DNA of 64,000 nt, from assembly GCA_002633005.1 (NCBI GenBank), contig NMRA01000044.1, forward strand, positions 136,182-200,181. The letters are read 5' to 3'. This DNA comes from Phoronis australis (taxonomy: Eukaryota > Animalia > Phoronida). The notes under the pieces are model-generated. The model made no database searches. It was given only the letters and a program-made list of their open reading frames with translations, and was not told where the DNA came from. Within the stretch, counting starts at the first letter, position 1. Every line of letters begins with the position of its first letter. A program made the translations under genes and the position numbers. Positions 26,942 to 39,877 of the stretch are shown here, piece by piece.

Positions 26942-28668
26942 TATAAAGACGTCTTATTCAACAGTTTCTTTGCCATTTGGAAATCTTGTTTTCTTAGTGC
27001 AGGTTACCGTTGTGCTACCAGGCTCCTAGGTGGCACTGCTGTTTTTGTTACATGTGTACACATTCATAAATTTCCTTAAAGCAGTGGAAGTTGCCGAGTC
27101 ACAGAGATGACGACCAGTGATTACACAACTGTGCAGATTGTCATCAGGTGTATTGTCCAGTTACCCTATGTTGTTACTGGGCACAATCAGCTGCAAATGT
27201 ACACACGTGTTGAGGCCACAGGTGGCACTAGTGTCAAATAATTCACCTCGTCGAGAGATCCAGGAGTGTTTTCGCAATATGTTCATGTAGCATTGCTGGT
27301 AGACATTTATTTATGACCAAGTTGCCTGTGCTCAGGGGTAAACACCTGTCCCCCATAGATTCAATAATTGTTGAAAGATCGTTTCCTCATTTTTAGCTTC
27401 ATTAATCATGTATTTTGTACTCATGTTTTGTACGATTTGGTGTGGATGTATTTATTAGAAGGTTGTTACCTTACAAGACAACTTTCTCTCTGACCATCTC
27501 ATGTAATGTAATTATTTATCAAGGTGTCATTTTTAGGAAATTGGTTGTCTTTGTACATTTTATATCCACTATAAAACATGGTGTTGGAAACATCACTTTC
27601 TCCACAGGTATCTCTGCTGTTTTAAAGCAATGTCATCATGTTGTTGCATTCTTAACCACAGAGTGTCAGCTTTTAAAAACATTAATATGTCTAAGCAAAC
27701 CAAAACTGCTGTCTAGTGATACATCAAGGCAAGTTCAAAACATTGCACACCAGCCAGGGCAACAAAGTATCGAGGAATTTTCCATTATTCTGCAGCGTGC
27801 CACCTTCCTAAAATACATACTTAATCTGCTTGTCATGTGAACAAAATGTCAAACAAAGTCAACTGCAGTTATCAATCTTAAGTGCCAATGGAGATGGTCA
27901 TTGTTGCATCATGTGGCTGACATATTTTCAATTGAATTTCCTATGCTCCATCTTCAAATTTTATGGTTGACCAACCTCTATAAAATTGAAATATTTTTGA
28001 CTGTTGAGGGCTTTAATACTCTTCTTGGTAGCAGCAAATATGTCCTATTACATTAGGACAAATTTGAATCCTATTTTACAAGAGTAGGCCTAATTTGATC
28101 TTTATAATTTAGCCAGTAAACTGGACAAAATGCAGCAATGACATACTATGCTCTGTCTTCAATCAATCTTGCATACAAGGGCTACTGCCGAAGGGCTGCA
28201 GCCAAATTGCTCCGATTTAGGAAGCGTACATGATATGCATACTTACGTGCTAGGCAAATAATGAATATTAATACACTGCTGATGCTTCCCTCAGGATCTT
28301 CAAAGCTTAGTTCACTGGTCACTGGTACCATGAAGTAGCCATCTGTCTCCTGCCATGTTTTAAAGTATGTGCATACTGTATTAATATCATAGAAGTTGAC
28401 AAATGTTTCATAATTATGACTGGATTAGTGCTATTGTTTTTTCTACATTTTTATTTGTAGGAACCTCTGGAGATCACAAATCAGGTTGGAATGTTGTCTT
28501 TAACTTTTTGTTTGAAAATTCGGTTTTAGTCATTTTCTAACAATGAAAATTAAAAAGTATCTTAGTGCGTATTAAATTGCACTAAAAAGATGTAACAAAT
28601 TTTAGTTTCTAGGTAGCTCGAGAAAAGCATTTTTTTAAATCCATCATTGAAGTATTGTGTCGCAAGAG

Positions 28669-28863
28669 GTCGTGGGTTCGAGTCCCACCATGTCACCCTG
28701 CTAAACCCTTGAGCCAGGTTTCTAGTTCCTCAGCACGGTTTTAACCCCATACTAATAAAGCATAAAAATATTTCCAGGTGATCAGTGCAATGGGCCCACA
28801 TGCGAGGCCTGCGCTCGTCTGGTACAACATGTATCAGACCGCCTGCAATTATATATATATATC
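28669..28863 (+). mobile_element. 5'-truncated tRNA-derived SINE with 12-bp TSD
   Basis: B-box GGTTCGAGTCCC at ~28675, (TA)n tail, GTGTCGCAAGAG at both 28657-28668 and 28864-28875. Confidence 0.75.
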
Positions 28864-29276
28864 GTGTCGCAAGAGTTCATGTCAAATGATATCTAAAAAT
28901 GAGTTGAACATGACTTGAAATATTAAGATCAGTATTACCTGAGCTAATTTTTCCCACTTTCATTATGGTTTCTAGGTACACTGTTGCCTAACTGGTTAAT
29001 TTGGCACAACAGGGCTCCATTTGTTCTGGAAACCCTACAGGAGTGCAAAACTACCAAGTCTCCAATTAGCATTCCACTGACTGCCCCCTGATGACCAGTT
29101 TATGAACTTGTTGCAACCACAGTGAACGTATTTGTCATGTGATATCTACGTTTGTAGAAAGATTAATCAACTGAATATTGATTCATATCATAATCATGTA
29201 TTGCACTGCTGATGTAATAAAGGATGCGTTTTTCTGCTACTCGCATTTTTTCAATAGAAAGTTGTCTTTCATTGTA

Positions 29277-29457
29277 CACTTGTCTAGGACTTACACTGTC
29301 AGACCAATCTGACACTTGTCCAGGACTTACACTGTCAGACCAATCAGACACTTGTCTAGCACTTACACTGTCAGACCAATCTGACACTTGTCTAGCACTT
29401 ACGCTGTCAGACCAACCTGACACGTGTCTAGCACTTACACTGTAAGACTAATCTGAT
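29277..29457. repeat. 36-bp minisatellite, ~5 copies
   Basis: Unit CACTTGTCTAG(G/C)ACTTACACTGTCAGACCAATCTGA. Confidence 0.95.
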
Positions 29458-30110
29458 TTATCATTATGTTGCATGCTACCATATCTTGTGCTCTCTACAT
29501 ATGAAATAAATTCAGAATTTCTAAATGACAGAGCCTGGTTCTACCTGGAATATTTCAATGAAACTTGAAACCTTTGCCCTGTTGGAGAGTTTTCATAACT
29601 GGATGTCATACCTGAGTAATAAACTAAGTATTGGTAGACATTGCCAACACTTAAGAATACAATTAATGATAATATTTTTCATTCAAAATTATTAAGTTTC
29701 TCTGCCGATGGGCATGCATTATCGTATTCTTGTACATTTGTAAATGTCTGTTAAAATAAATATTACAGCAAAATTCATGAAGCAATAACAAGTCGCCCGT
29801 TCTCAAGCATAGAAATCATTTCCACTCTTGAGTATTTAGTAAAGATGAAAACAATTTTATAAAGTGGAAAGTGGCCTAAATCAAAATTTAATTTTTGACA
29901 GAAGATCCGTGTTTATTGTTTATTGCTCTTTTGAAACAATGAACTATGCTGCACATTGCTTTATCTTTTCAGATACGTCAATAAGAGACGATTAAAGCCA
30001 TTATGCACCAACCATAATAAGAGAAAATTGGGCATAAGTTGGACATGCAAAATGGTAACAGGGGATTTAAAACAATGTTTCTAGAAAATATTCAAAATGC
30101 TCGCTTCTCT

Positions 30111-33100
30111 TTAAGATGCATCAAGTTTTCTCAACAAAACACACCAGTTTCCCTTATCATAATACTGGTGTTCGATCACTACATTTGGAACTCTCCGGCA
30201 AATCTCCTCCAATTCTCCTTCTCTGAACACATGATAAAAGCGATGAAACACTTGCTTATTATTCACTTCAGCATTTTCATTGTCCGTTTTCTTTTTCTGG
30301 GATGACTTCATGTGCCATGGAACAAGTAAATCTGGTTTGGCAAACTGGGTTCTATTTACGTGTACAGGGAGACACCTAGTGTCGGTTTGTACTTTCATAG
30401 CACCTTGCTCAACTGCTTCATTAGAAATGGTCACTGCTTTCTTATTTGTGACTTCAAAGAACTCATCACCTCTGCACTGATAACCAGCCTTTGGATTACA
30501 GGAACTGTTTGGTGCTTTCTGGGTACTTAGTGATGCATCGTTGGAAGTGACCATTGCATTGTGGGAAGAGTTAGTTCCTTCCTGAGGAGACACAGTTCTA
30601 AATTCTCCAGATAAATCTTTCTTGGCCTCACTTGGACTTAATACACCTTTCACTTCAGTTGCTGAAATATTGAGTTCCTTTTTCTCCTTCAAATAATTTG
30701 ATTTTACTCTATGTAGTTCTTGCTCCAGTGCCCAGACGTAAATTAAAATTTGGCCACCAGGGCAAGTGATACGGACAAGTTCTTCAATGGCTTCCTGTCT
30801 TCTCACCTGAAAAATATTCAAAATGTTATTGAGAATTAAATAAATGAGCACATAAAAAGCGTGCTAAGCACAAAGCAATGATATTTTGAGAGACGTTTAG
30901 TGCTGCTGAAATTGTGAAACCAGCTGCAATAGGGTTCAGTCGGGTTGGGCAAAGCTTTCCTACATTATAAGTTCCCAGGCAGTCGTTTGGCTATCATGAG
31001 TTCTCTTGATTGACACTTTTTTAACATCCAGATAACCAAAGGAGTTATCAATATTGTTCCAAATTTTTGTGCACACTCTTGATATTTTTTTAACAATACT
31101 GACTGAAAGCACTTTTCAAATTGAATAAGCAATCAACCGACGTTCTCTAAAAATATTAATTATGTGATGTACCTCTGTCGACAAATGGTGAATGACTGCA
31201 ATACACAAGCACACGTCAACACAGTCAGATCTGAGAGGAGTCTGAAGCACGTCTGCTACACAGATGTTAAACGCCCTCTGTTGACAGATGTTGGCTAAAT
31301 TTTGACTCCGCTCACAGCCAAGCTGAAATGGGAAGGCAAGTGTGGTGAAAAAATTATAATAAACAACCAAATGACATGAGAAGATTGTGTTCACATAACA
31401 AGAAAACATTCAATGACAAGCACTGACATCTACCCACTCTGTGCATCTCGAATCCGTGGAAAACATTTAAGGGGTGCTCACTTTTTCAAACATTTCCATA
31501 AAGTGTGAAAAACACTATGAGTGAATATAAAATTGAGTCTTCAGTGTGCAGTGCTAGTCATAAGAAACATGTCTATAACAGTACTAGAATTGCCGCTATG
31601 GGTCATACACTATGCTGGAGCCATGCGAAAATAGGCAGGTGCTGTCTTCTCCTTTAAAAAAAAACAGCTGTCAAATTTTACGATACTGAACGGAGATGAC
31701 TATGTTATGCTTCCATGAAGTCGAAAAAAGGCTGCAAGGAAATAGATAGAATTTGAAAAGTTGGATTTCGTTACCAACTAGTAAGTTAAATATACTTTAG
31801 AAACATGGGAACAGGGTGAAAATGAAGACGTATACTTCAAAGAATTCTATAGAGCAACAAGAAATCTTCTCAACCAGAAACATTGAAAATATTTAGAAAA
31901 GATACCTGGCACTAGATGCATTGCAGTGTTGTGGGCCTTCTTTAATTAACTGTGGCTTTGCTGCCATATTTCACGTAAGTATTTAGGCGCTTAGTGAAGC
32001 TGTTTCCAAATTTGGAATTAAGACCAGGTCTTGCTTTGTGAAACACTTGAGTAAAACCCCTGGGGACCATTCATATTGACAAGGTGCCCAAAGGCGTGGA
32101 CCAAGAATTGTTAGAGAACCCCTATTACAGGTGCCAGGTCTGATAATTCCCACCCCCTTTCGTGGGAAAGATTTTTCTGCAGGAAGACAGCCAGTGCCCT
32201 TTTGCAGGGCTGAGGCCAATGCAGTGGGCCTTTTGCAGGGACGAAATGGAAATTTAGGGGCCTATTGGACCCTGCACAGGTCCCACAAAGCTTGCAGAAA
32301 AAGCACCGCCTACCCACAATTTTTGGTACATGCCTGACGGTACCTTGCCAATATGAGTGATCGCCCGGGAGTAAAACCTAGGGACAATTGTTTAAATTGT
32401 TATGTCACTGAAATTAGACTTATCCAGTCACAAAATGGTGAACACTGACATTCAATTTCACATTTAACAATTAAATACACTTAAAGAAAGGACAAAAACG
32501 AAACAAAACCAGTTTGTTTAAGACATGCAGTCTGCACCTGTAATAGAAGCTTAATAGGTGCTTATGTTAATATGCAAACACTTTAGGTAAAAATTTGTCA
32601 GAAACTTGTGTATGTAAAAAAGCATTACTTCGGACATTCGCACAAAGACTTAAACAGGAGTACATAATGTAAGGAAATAATAAGTGCTATTTTCATTTTT
32701 GGAGTTGTCACTGTTACCTCATAAAGTTGCTTGTTTACTCCAAGGTATTTTCCATTGCCACAGCCAATATCAGCCAGCAGCGCCCCCTGTGGCTGTTGTT
32801 TTAAAAACTCCACAATACGAGGCCATGGTGTATGACGAGTGTCACTGAAGTGGCCAGCTATTTCATCATAAACCTGAAATACAGCACGTCCGTAACGCAG
32901 TCTTTACATTGATTTGTTTAAAAAATTTTCTCCATTTTTCATTGTCTGGTTCTCATAAAATTTCTTTCAACGGATTATTTATTGCGACGATTATATGCAA
33001 GTTGATTTGGACAATAATCATTTGATTTCAATTATGTGACAAATCTTCATCAGTTATTTCAAAAGGCCTGATAAACACCATACTACACTAGTACTAGTAC

Positions 33101-36100
33101 CGTGTTCACAGCAACTTTATAAAACACTTGCCTTTCGTCAAAAGAGAATAAATTCCAATTTAGACTACTTACTGCCATACATCTGGTCAAATAATTGTTC
33201 CCTACTCATATTTGAAGTGATTTCATGACTTCAGAAGAACTGATAGCTTATTAATGCCAGGGGCCATCGGGTCATACCAACATATTGTGCCTCATCTCAA
33301 GCAGCCGCGAGTCAACAGTTATTTCACAACACTTCCGATTAGACAATTTTATGAAGGCAGGTGGTATACATCAAAAGTTGGTGGTTTTATAATGGCTCTA
33401 ACCAGTGGCTTTAACCAGTGCTGAAGTGTCCTAACCTTATGTACATGATCTGCCTCTAACTTGACTGCCTCCACACTTGAGCTTGGCAAGGATGCTTGTG
33501 GTGGCAGACTCAACTTTTGAGAATCACAGAATTCTGGAAAGGCTTAAAAATAAATTAGAACTAATTTTAAAAAAATTGCAGGTGGTCTGGTACACGTTGT
33601 ACCAGACGTGCGCACGTCTAATAAGTTGACAAGTTGGATTACACAATGACAGAAATCATCAATTAACCTGAGTCGGCATCTTTTTGAACATTACTGTGAG
33701 TACATATGAAAAATAAGCAACCAAGTAACCAAACAAATACAAGTAAAAAGCATTGCTGGAATATCTTGTTACTGTTATGAAGCTGGTGCTGTATTGTTTT
33801 GCAATCTGTTTTATGAACAAGATAATTTTCCCATTATAACTATACAACTTCCAAAAAATGCAAAAACTAAAAATCTAGGGAAAACCAACCACAGTCACAG
33901 GGCGTTCCACGAACTTTTCGAAACGTAAATGACGTCCGGGTTCCCCTTTCAAGCAAAGTCTGCACTTCACCACCAGAAGCGTCATCCTGGATATTTTCAT
34001 CATCGCTACCATGACTATGAACATTGTCGTTATTAGCTCTGCACTTTTTGGCAAAACTCATTGGAACGACGTCAGACTTCCGTGGTGTTATTCCATGGGT
34101 CCATAAATAACGAGAAGCCTGGGTCATTATAACAAGGCATCGGCTAGGAATGGGAACAGGGATGTGTTGACCATCTGGGTTTTTAAAGTCCATCACAACC
34201 TGAAACAATCGACAAGAAGTAATAATTACAAACAATGAATTTTAAAAAACATATAAGAAGTGAATGTGCCTAGGTAAATGTATGAACACAGCACTAAGTT
34301 AGAAAAAACTAAATCTAGTCCTCTGGAACCTGATATTTTGCATCTCCAAAAGAATTACAATCTCACTTTAACCAGTCGTACAGAAAAGACACAGTAAGCT
34401 GTGACTGAGGTCATGTTATATCTTCTCAGAGAAATTTCAAGAAAGTGTTACCTGAGAGCCCAGTGCCAGGGACAGTATGACATCGTTGAAGGCAGAGTGA
34501 GTGTCAATATGAGGTGGTATACCTAGAACAAAACAACGTCACATAAACATGGCTTAAATTACTGATAACTTGACCAAAGATAAAAATACTATGGCAGCGT
34601 CATAGAGAGAAGGGCGTGGAGATAAAATTGATTAAGTATGCGCTCACACCTTCACTAATAATTTTACCTTCCTACACCCATGTACAAGAACATAAGAGAT
34701 GATATTCCTAACTCCTTTGATTAATGATCTATTTTCAGTACACGATCATACCCACAGTGGTTCACGGGTTCCATCAAACCCCTCCTTGAGGAAGCAAGAA
34801 TCAAATACAAGCCCAAGGACACTCTAATGATATAAATCGCCAAACAGAATCATATCTTAATTATGCCATGATACTATTCACTAAATAATTTCACACATCA
34901 GGCAGATACACCAGGTGGATAACTTACTATAGGTTCTTTTCCACACAGACAAAAATTGACGTTCCTGTGAACGTTTTCGAATCATCTCATCAGCATCCAT
35001 TCACAAATTAATGTTCTGTAGTTTGGGTAAGATTCTCTTGACGACAAAAAAGTTCGTAATCATTGCACATGAATACGGATAATTCTATCACAGGACATTT
35101 CTTACAATATAGTATATTGAGACCCAGCCAGCCAAACAGACTCATTGACCTTCAGGTGTGAATGCTGATGACAAGATCCGAAAATGTTCATACTATTAAG
35201 CAAGTCAATTTCCATCTGTGTGAAATCGAACTTTATCCACTTCGGCCCGAATAAACTAGTAAAGACTCACATTAAGTAGTGTTGTGAAGAAAGCCATTGC
35301 TTGTGCAGTGTGTTAACAAATGATGATAACAAGTGTATTGTGAAAATAAATAGTAACAGGATGTACATAAAACAAAATGAGGGTGATCAAAACAAGCTTA
35401 TCCGTTACTGTTACTTCAAAATGAAGGTGATCAAAACAAGCTTATCAGTGACTGTTACTCCAGTATCCATGCAACCTTTCAAGCAAACTGTCTACATGTA
35501 GCAGTCTGGACAAAAAGCAAGCATACAATGACAAAAATTTTGTTTATTTCATTCACATTAAGTTGCAAGCATACCTTGGCCAGGTAAGTATTCATTCACA
35601 GTCAGCTGGTCAGGAATTTCTGTAATATGACCCTCATCCAACAGTCTTGACAACAGGGGGCGACACATATCTGGTACCTTCTGCTCCAGGGGTTTGCTGA
35701 TGTCAATGTTGTTGATGTCATACATGAACTCATACCCATAATGCTTCACTCTGCGATGCCTCATGGAACCTGCAGCTTCAGACCAGTCAATGACTTTCAA
35801 TAGGGCAAGTTCTTCTTCATGACTTATGAAGTCTTCCAATAAGACCAGTCCAGGTGGCAGGAAACTGGGACTTCCAGAATTGGTTCTTGTGTCAGGAACT
35901 GTTACATGTAAAAAGCAAAATAAACATTACAAGCAATTAAAGGATTATAATAAATCAAGTCTCCAAAAAAGAAAATCCAAAATTTTTCAATGTAAGAAGT
36001 TTACAGACTATTCCTTTGCCAGACACTTGTCAACTAAATGAATGGGATAGCTCTTTAAAACTACGTTGATCACAAGATCATAAACCTAAATGTCAAAAAA

Positions 36101-39100
36101 TCTCTTATAATTTGTAAGCTTGAAAAACTAACTGCATTCTGAGAAATTAAGATGAGGAAAAAAGCATAATTGGTGGTGGTCTTTACCCGGACTCATTTTG
36201 AGACCTATGCTCATCGAATAAAAAACATCTGCCCATATCAACTTCAGTCAAAATTTCTTGCTTTATCAAAAAAACTGCCAAGGCATGTACACAAGGGAAA
36301 GTATGGTTTGAAACATCATGATTTGCTAAGCGATGAGTAAAAAATTCTGCACATGTTGTTCAGGTGGATGTTCTTTCTTGAAAAAGTGTATGAGCAACTA
36401 TAAAATACACTACCGACTCATCCACGAAAGAATCATCAAAAGGTATTTCACCATATCGACGATTGTGAGGCATGCAGGCAGTCGGCGATTTTCGCCCTGG
36501 GATTTCAGCACAATTTTCTGTAATATGATCATAATTTAGCAGCAAACTGATAGCAATGCACCACGATTTTGTAAAAAGTCTTTCATAGATTACAGATACG
36601 TCACAGAGCGTAAATATAATGAATCTCAGCTTCCCATTTCACCCGTTTCGGAGACCTGGTTTCAACGGCCTTGGGTTATAATAAGCGCCCCCCCTGAAAC
36701 GAACTTTTCTAAGCGCCCTGGGCAGTTATTACGTCGAATACGGTAACATATATAGTTCCCTAGTGCACCACTAACTTTAGTCCCACAAGTGCATTCCACA
36801 ACGCACGCTCACGTAACAGGGCTTGGAATGGCCAATGACAAAAAAGAGGAAACTTTTCAAGGTTATAGCATTCCCCATATAAACAGGCTTGTGTGATATA
36901 AATATTTTTCTGTTGTAAAATTAAACTGAGGTAAATGTTTTTGTATAAACAAAGCCAAAATAATGATACAAAAAAGAGGAAACTGGAATCAAATAAGAGG
37001 AAATCGAAACCAAAAAAAGCGAAAATCCTCTTAAAAGAGGAAAATTCCAAGCCCTGAAGCAAATGCAAACATACAATGACTTTACCTGACTTTACATATG
37101 AGAGATAAAACTTGACTCCTTTAGTTGACAGTTCACTGGGACAGTCTAAGAGCCTGCTATGGATGCCACCAGCAGCATTCTTAGCTTCTTCGACAGTTGA
37201 ATACTCAACAAACGCGTAGGGCTTAAGAGGAGGCATGTGAACTCTAGTGACAGTGCCATACTTCTTGAATATATCACGGACCTCTTCACACTTTACGTTG
37301 TTTGCCAATCCAGCATTTGCAACAAACAAAACCTGTAAAACATTTAAAGTTAATTACAAAAACTCAAACTGCGTTTCACCAAACACTCCTAGGACCTCTT
37401 TAAAATGTTCATTGTAACCCAAATGCGCTGTTTTCAAGGGTATTTTTGCTACAGTATTTGAACATTTTCTTGGGATTTGGATTCTTGTGTGACATGCAGT
37501 CAGAAAATGCTGGAACATATTTACTTTTGGCTTGAATTTTGTGAGTACCATCTTCAAACCATTTTAAAATAATTTGTCAAAGATAACAGAACCCCAAAAA
37601 TTTTTCAAATTTCATAAGTGCCAATTTCAACTCGAGTATGATCTGTCTAATATCAAAATGTCAAGCGCTGCATTGACTTGAGACACGTATGTTTTCAGCT
37701 TTGAATTGGCGATCTCAGATCTTACCCAGCTTCCCAGTTGTGACTTGCCAGTGTTTTCTTAGAGTCGGACACCATACATAGTAACATAGCATAGAAGTAG
37801 AAGCGCCTAACTAAAAGCTTGGATCTTGAACACAAAGCCTAAACAAAAGTTGACCCAAACCCTTAAACTAAACCTCATTCCTAACCTTGGCCCTTATGGG
37901 GTAGTTTGAACTGAATAAATTATATTTGACCCTTTTGAAGCAGTTTAACATTGAGAAAGCCTTAAAATAATCTTAAGTGCTTTAAACCACCAAGTTTACA
38001 CCAAAACACCAAAAAAACAACCCACCAGTTGATCAGTTGTCAAATTAGAACTTCCACAAACATATCTGTCGATGAGTTAATTAGCTGATCTCCAGTTACG
38101 AGCATTTATTGCTTAATACATACTACCTAAAACAACCAATCACAGCACTAGTCGGCCTCCATAGTGTGAAGTGTGAAAAATCGACAAATATTGCTGCTCA
38201 TTTTCCCTTGGCTTATGGTATAGTAAAGAATGTAGAGGCATTGTATTTGTGGCGGTTGTGACAACTTGGTATTTGACCAGGCTGTGACTCTGTTCATGCT
38301 TCTGCGGGACATCCAATCACAGGCGTCCGCAGCTTCTGATAGTCCCCAATACACTACATATAGATACCACAAGGTATGACACTTCGGACTAGAAATTCCA
38401 CGGGTGCTTCACTTCAGCCGTCCATAGCAAACACAAAACTCAATAAAGTTACATAAAACAGAGGTTAAACAAACTGTGAGGAATTTTTCTTTCTCCCAAT
38501 ACCATTTACGGTATCCTGCTCCGCCGAGTTTGCAAGAAATTCACGGTCAAAGCACAAAAATGTTCCCAAAAAAGCCCACGCATCGACCCTCCTTGGACGG
38601 TTCGAGGTCAAGGACGGTACGGAATTATCCGATGAGTTACGGATGTACGGCAATTGCCCGTTCATCACGGAAGCTTGCGAATAGTCTTGGAGTTATCGAT
38701 GTTGTGACACTCCGTGACAAATCGGCAGTTGTCGTACCGTCTTTGACCTCGAACTATCCAAGGAGGCTCCATGCGTGGGCTTTTTGGGAACATTTTTGTG
38801 CTTTGACCGCGAATTTCTTGCTAACTCGGTGGAGCAGGATACCGTAAATGGTATTGGGAGAAAGAAAAATTCCTCACGGTTTGTTGAACCTCTGTTTTAT
38901 GTAACTTTATTGAGTTTTGTGTTTGCTATGGACGGCTGAAGTGAAGCACCCGTGAATTTCTAGTTCGAAGTGTCATAACTTGTAGTACTATATAGTGTAT
39001 TGGGGACGATCAGAAGCTAAGGACGCCTGTGCATCCAATAAGCATGGATGTGGCACATGTACATGAAAGCCCATGTATTTTAAATGGCTGTAGCTGATGG

Positions 39101-39681
39101 CAGTGTTGGTGAACCCCACTAGACCTAGGCCGGGCCAGGTGAACGCGGTCAGTGCTAGTGTTGTGCCTCTCTATATCACTTGCCAGGTGGCAATTGGTCC
39201 TTGGATGCTTTGCTCTCACATGTTCAACCCAGATTTTGGGAACTGAAAAAGTTTGATAACGTGAGTTTTTGTTCAAGTTGGAAGGAATTAAATGCATCGA
39301 CGACCTCCTAAGGCTAAGGTGTCCCCCTATGCGCAAATGGTATTTATAACAACGTGACTTTGATGGTTTAGTCAGAGAGAAGCATAATTCGTCGAATATG
39401 AAGCGCCTATAGGAGCTCCACCAGTAGGACGGTGGTCACTGGCAATGTCTAAGACAGTCTAGTCTAGGTCTCGGCGAAATTTTCTACATTACTCTGTAAT
39501 TGATAGCAAACAGTCATCGCATTTACTTGGAAAATCTAAATAGAAAATATCGCACCCTAGTTGGCGTCTCTTGTGTCTGAATTCCATCGTGTTTCAACAA
39601 TGTATGCCTGCTTCTGGCTTGCTTTTTTAATGCTTTTCTGTCAACCTTAGACAACCTGGCCTGAACACAGGGCGCAGACAT
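30111..39681 (-). CDS. ALKBH8: tRNA wobble-uridine methyltransferase/hydroxylase ALKBH8 (RRM + 2OG-Fe(II) + Trm9-like MTase), 9 exons, 728 aa
   Basis: Exons 39681-39556, 37332-37086, 35898-35575, 34522-34452, 34199-33890, 33542-33436, 32873-32718, 31322-31173, 30806-30111; motifs [48 protein letters not shown]...[21 protein letters not shown]. Confidence 0.96.
32058..32369. mobile_element. MITE, CC(C)TGGGG-ended family, copy 2 (ALKBH8 intron 7)
   Basis: TIRs plus AGTAAAAC on both flanks; interior alignable to 19238-19521. Confidence 0.8.
33574..33616 (-). mobile_element. 3' fragment of the same SINE as 28669-28863
   Basis: AATTGCAGGTGGTCTGGTACACGTTGTACCAGACGTGCGCA is close to the reverse complement of 28810-28850. 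Confidence 0.6.
36817..37056. mobile_element. MITE, CAGGGCTTGGAAT TIR family
   Basis: CAGGGCTTGGAAT...ATTCCAAGCCCTG; flanks ACGTAA/AAGCAA (degenerate TSD). Confidence 0.75.
38318..39031. mobile_element. 714-bp foldback non-autonomous DNA transposon with ~300-bp TIRs and 8-bp TSD
   Basis: CACAGGCGTCC...GGACGCCTGTG; arms ~38318-38621 and ~38733-39031; CATCCAAT at 38310-38317 and 39032-39039. Confidence 0.92.
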
Positions 39682-39877
39682 TTTAAACTCTCGCATCCAA
39701 AAATAATTTTTACAGATAATCCAGATATTTTTGTTTAATATAAGCAATCTTGCACAGAGTGGACACATTTAATCAAATTAATAGTGTAAAATCTATACCT
39801 AATTTTATACAAAGAATCTTCAATAACGAACGACTACAAAAAAGAGTTTACATCCGGGACCCTGAGTAAAACCAAAA
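39682..39877. promoter_or_regulatory. Putative compact bidirectional promoter ALKBH8/THOC2
   Basis: 196 bp between divergent ATGs. Confidence 0.7.

Noticed and set aside
28669-28700. tRNA gene
   Set aside because: Only a B-box/T-arm is present, with no cloverleaf; treated as a SINE
29163-29445. Repetitive ORFs (SDWSDSVSARQV)n
   Set aside because: By-product of a repeat whose length is a multiple of 3; no splice or homology support
29277-29457. CRISPR-like array (36-bp repeats with hairpin)
   Set aside because: Units are contiguous with no unique spacers, there are no cas genes, and the context is eukaryotic
35162-35198. CTGATGA...GAAA hammerhead-like motif
   Set aside because: No helix II pairing and no helix III or NUH site
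38465-38847. Mutually similar ORFs on opposite strands
   Set aside because: Consequence of the foldback symmetry
13604-39681. Functional cluster of two methyltransferases plus a phosphatase
   Set aside because: Unrelated families and pathways; nothing beyond proximity links them
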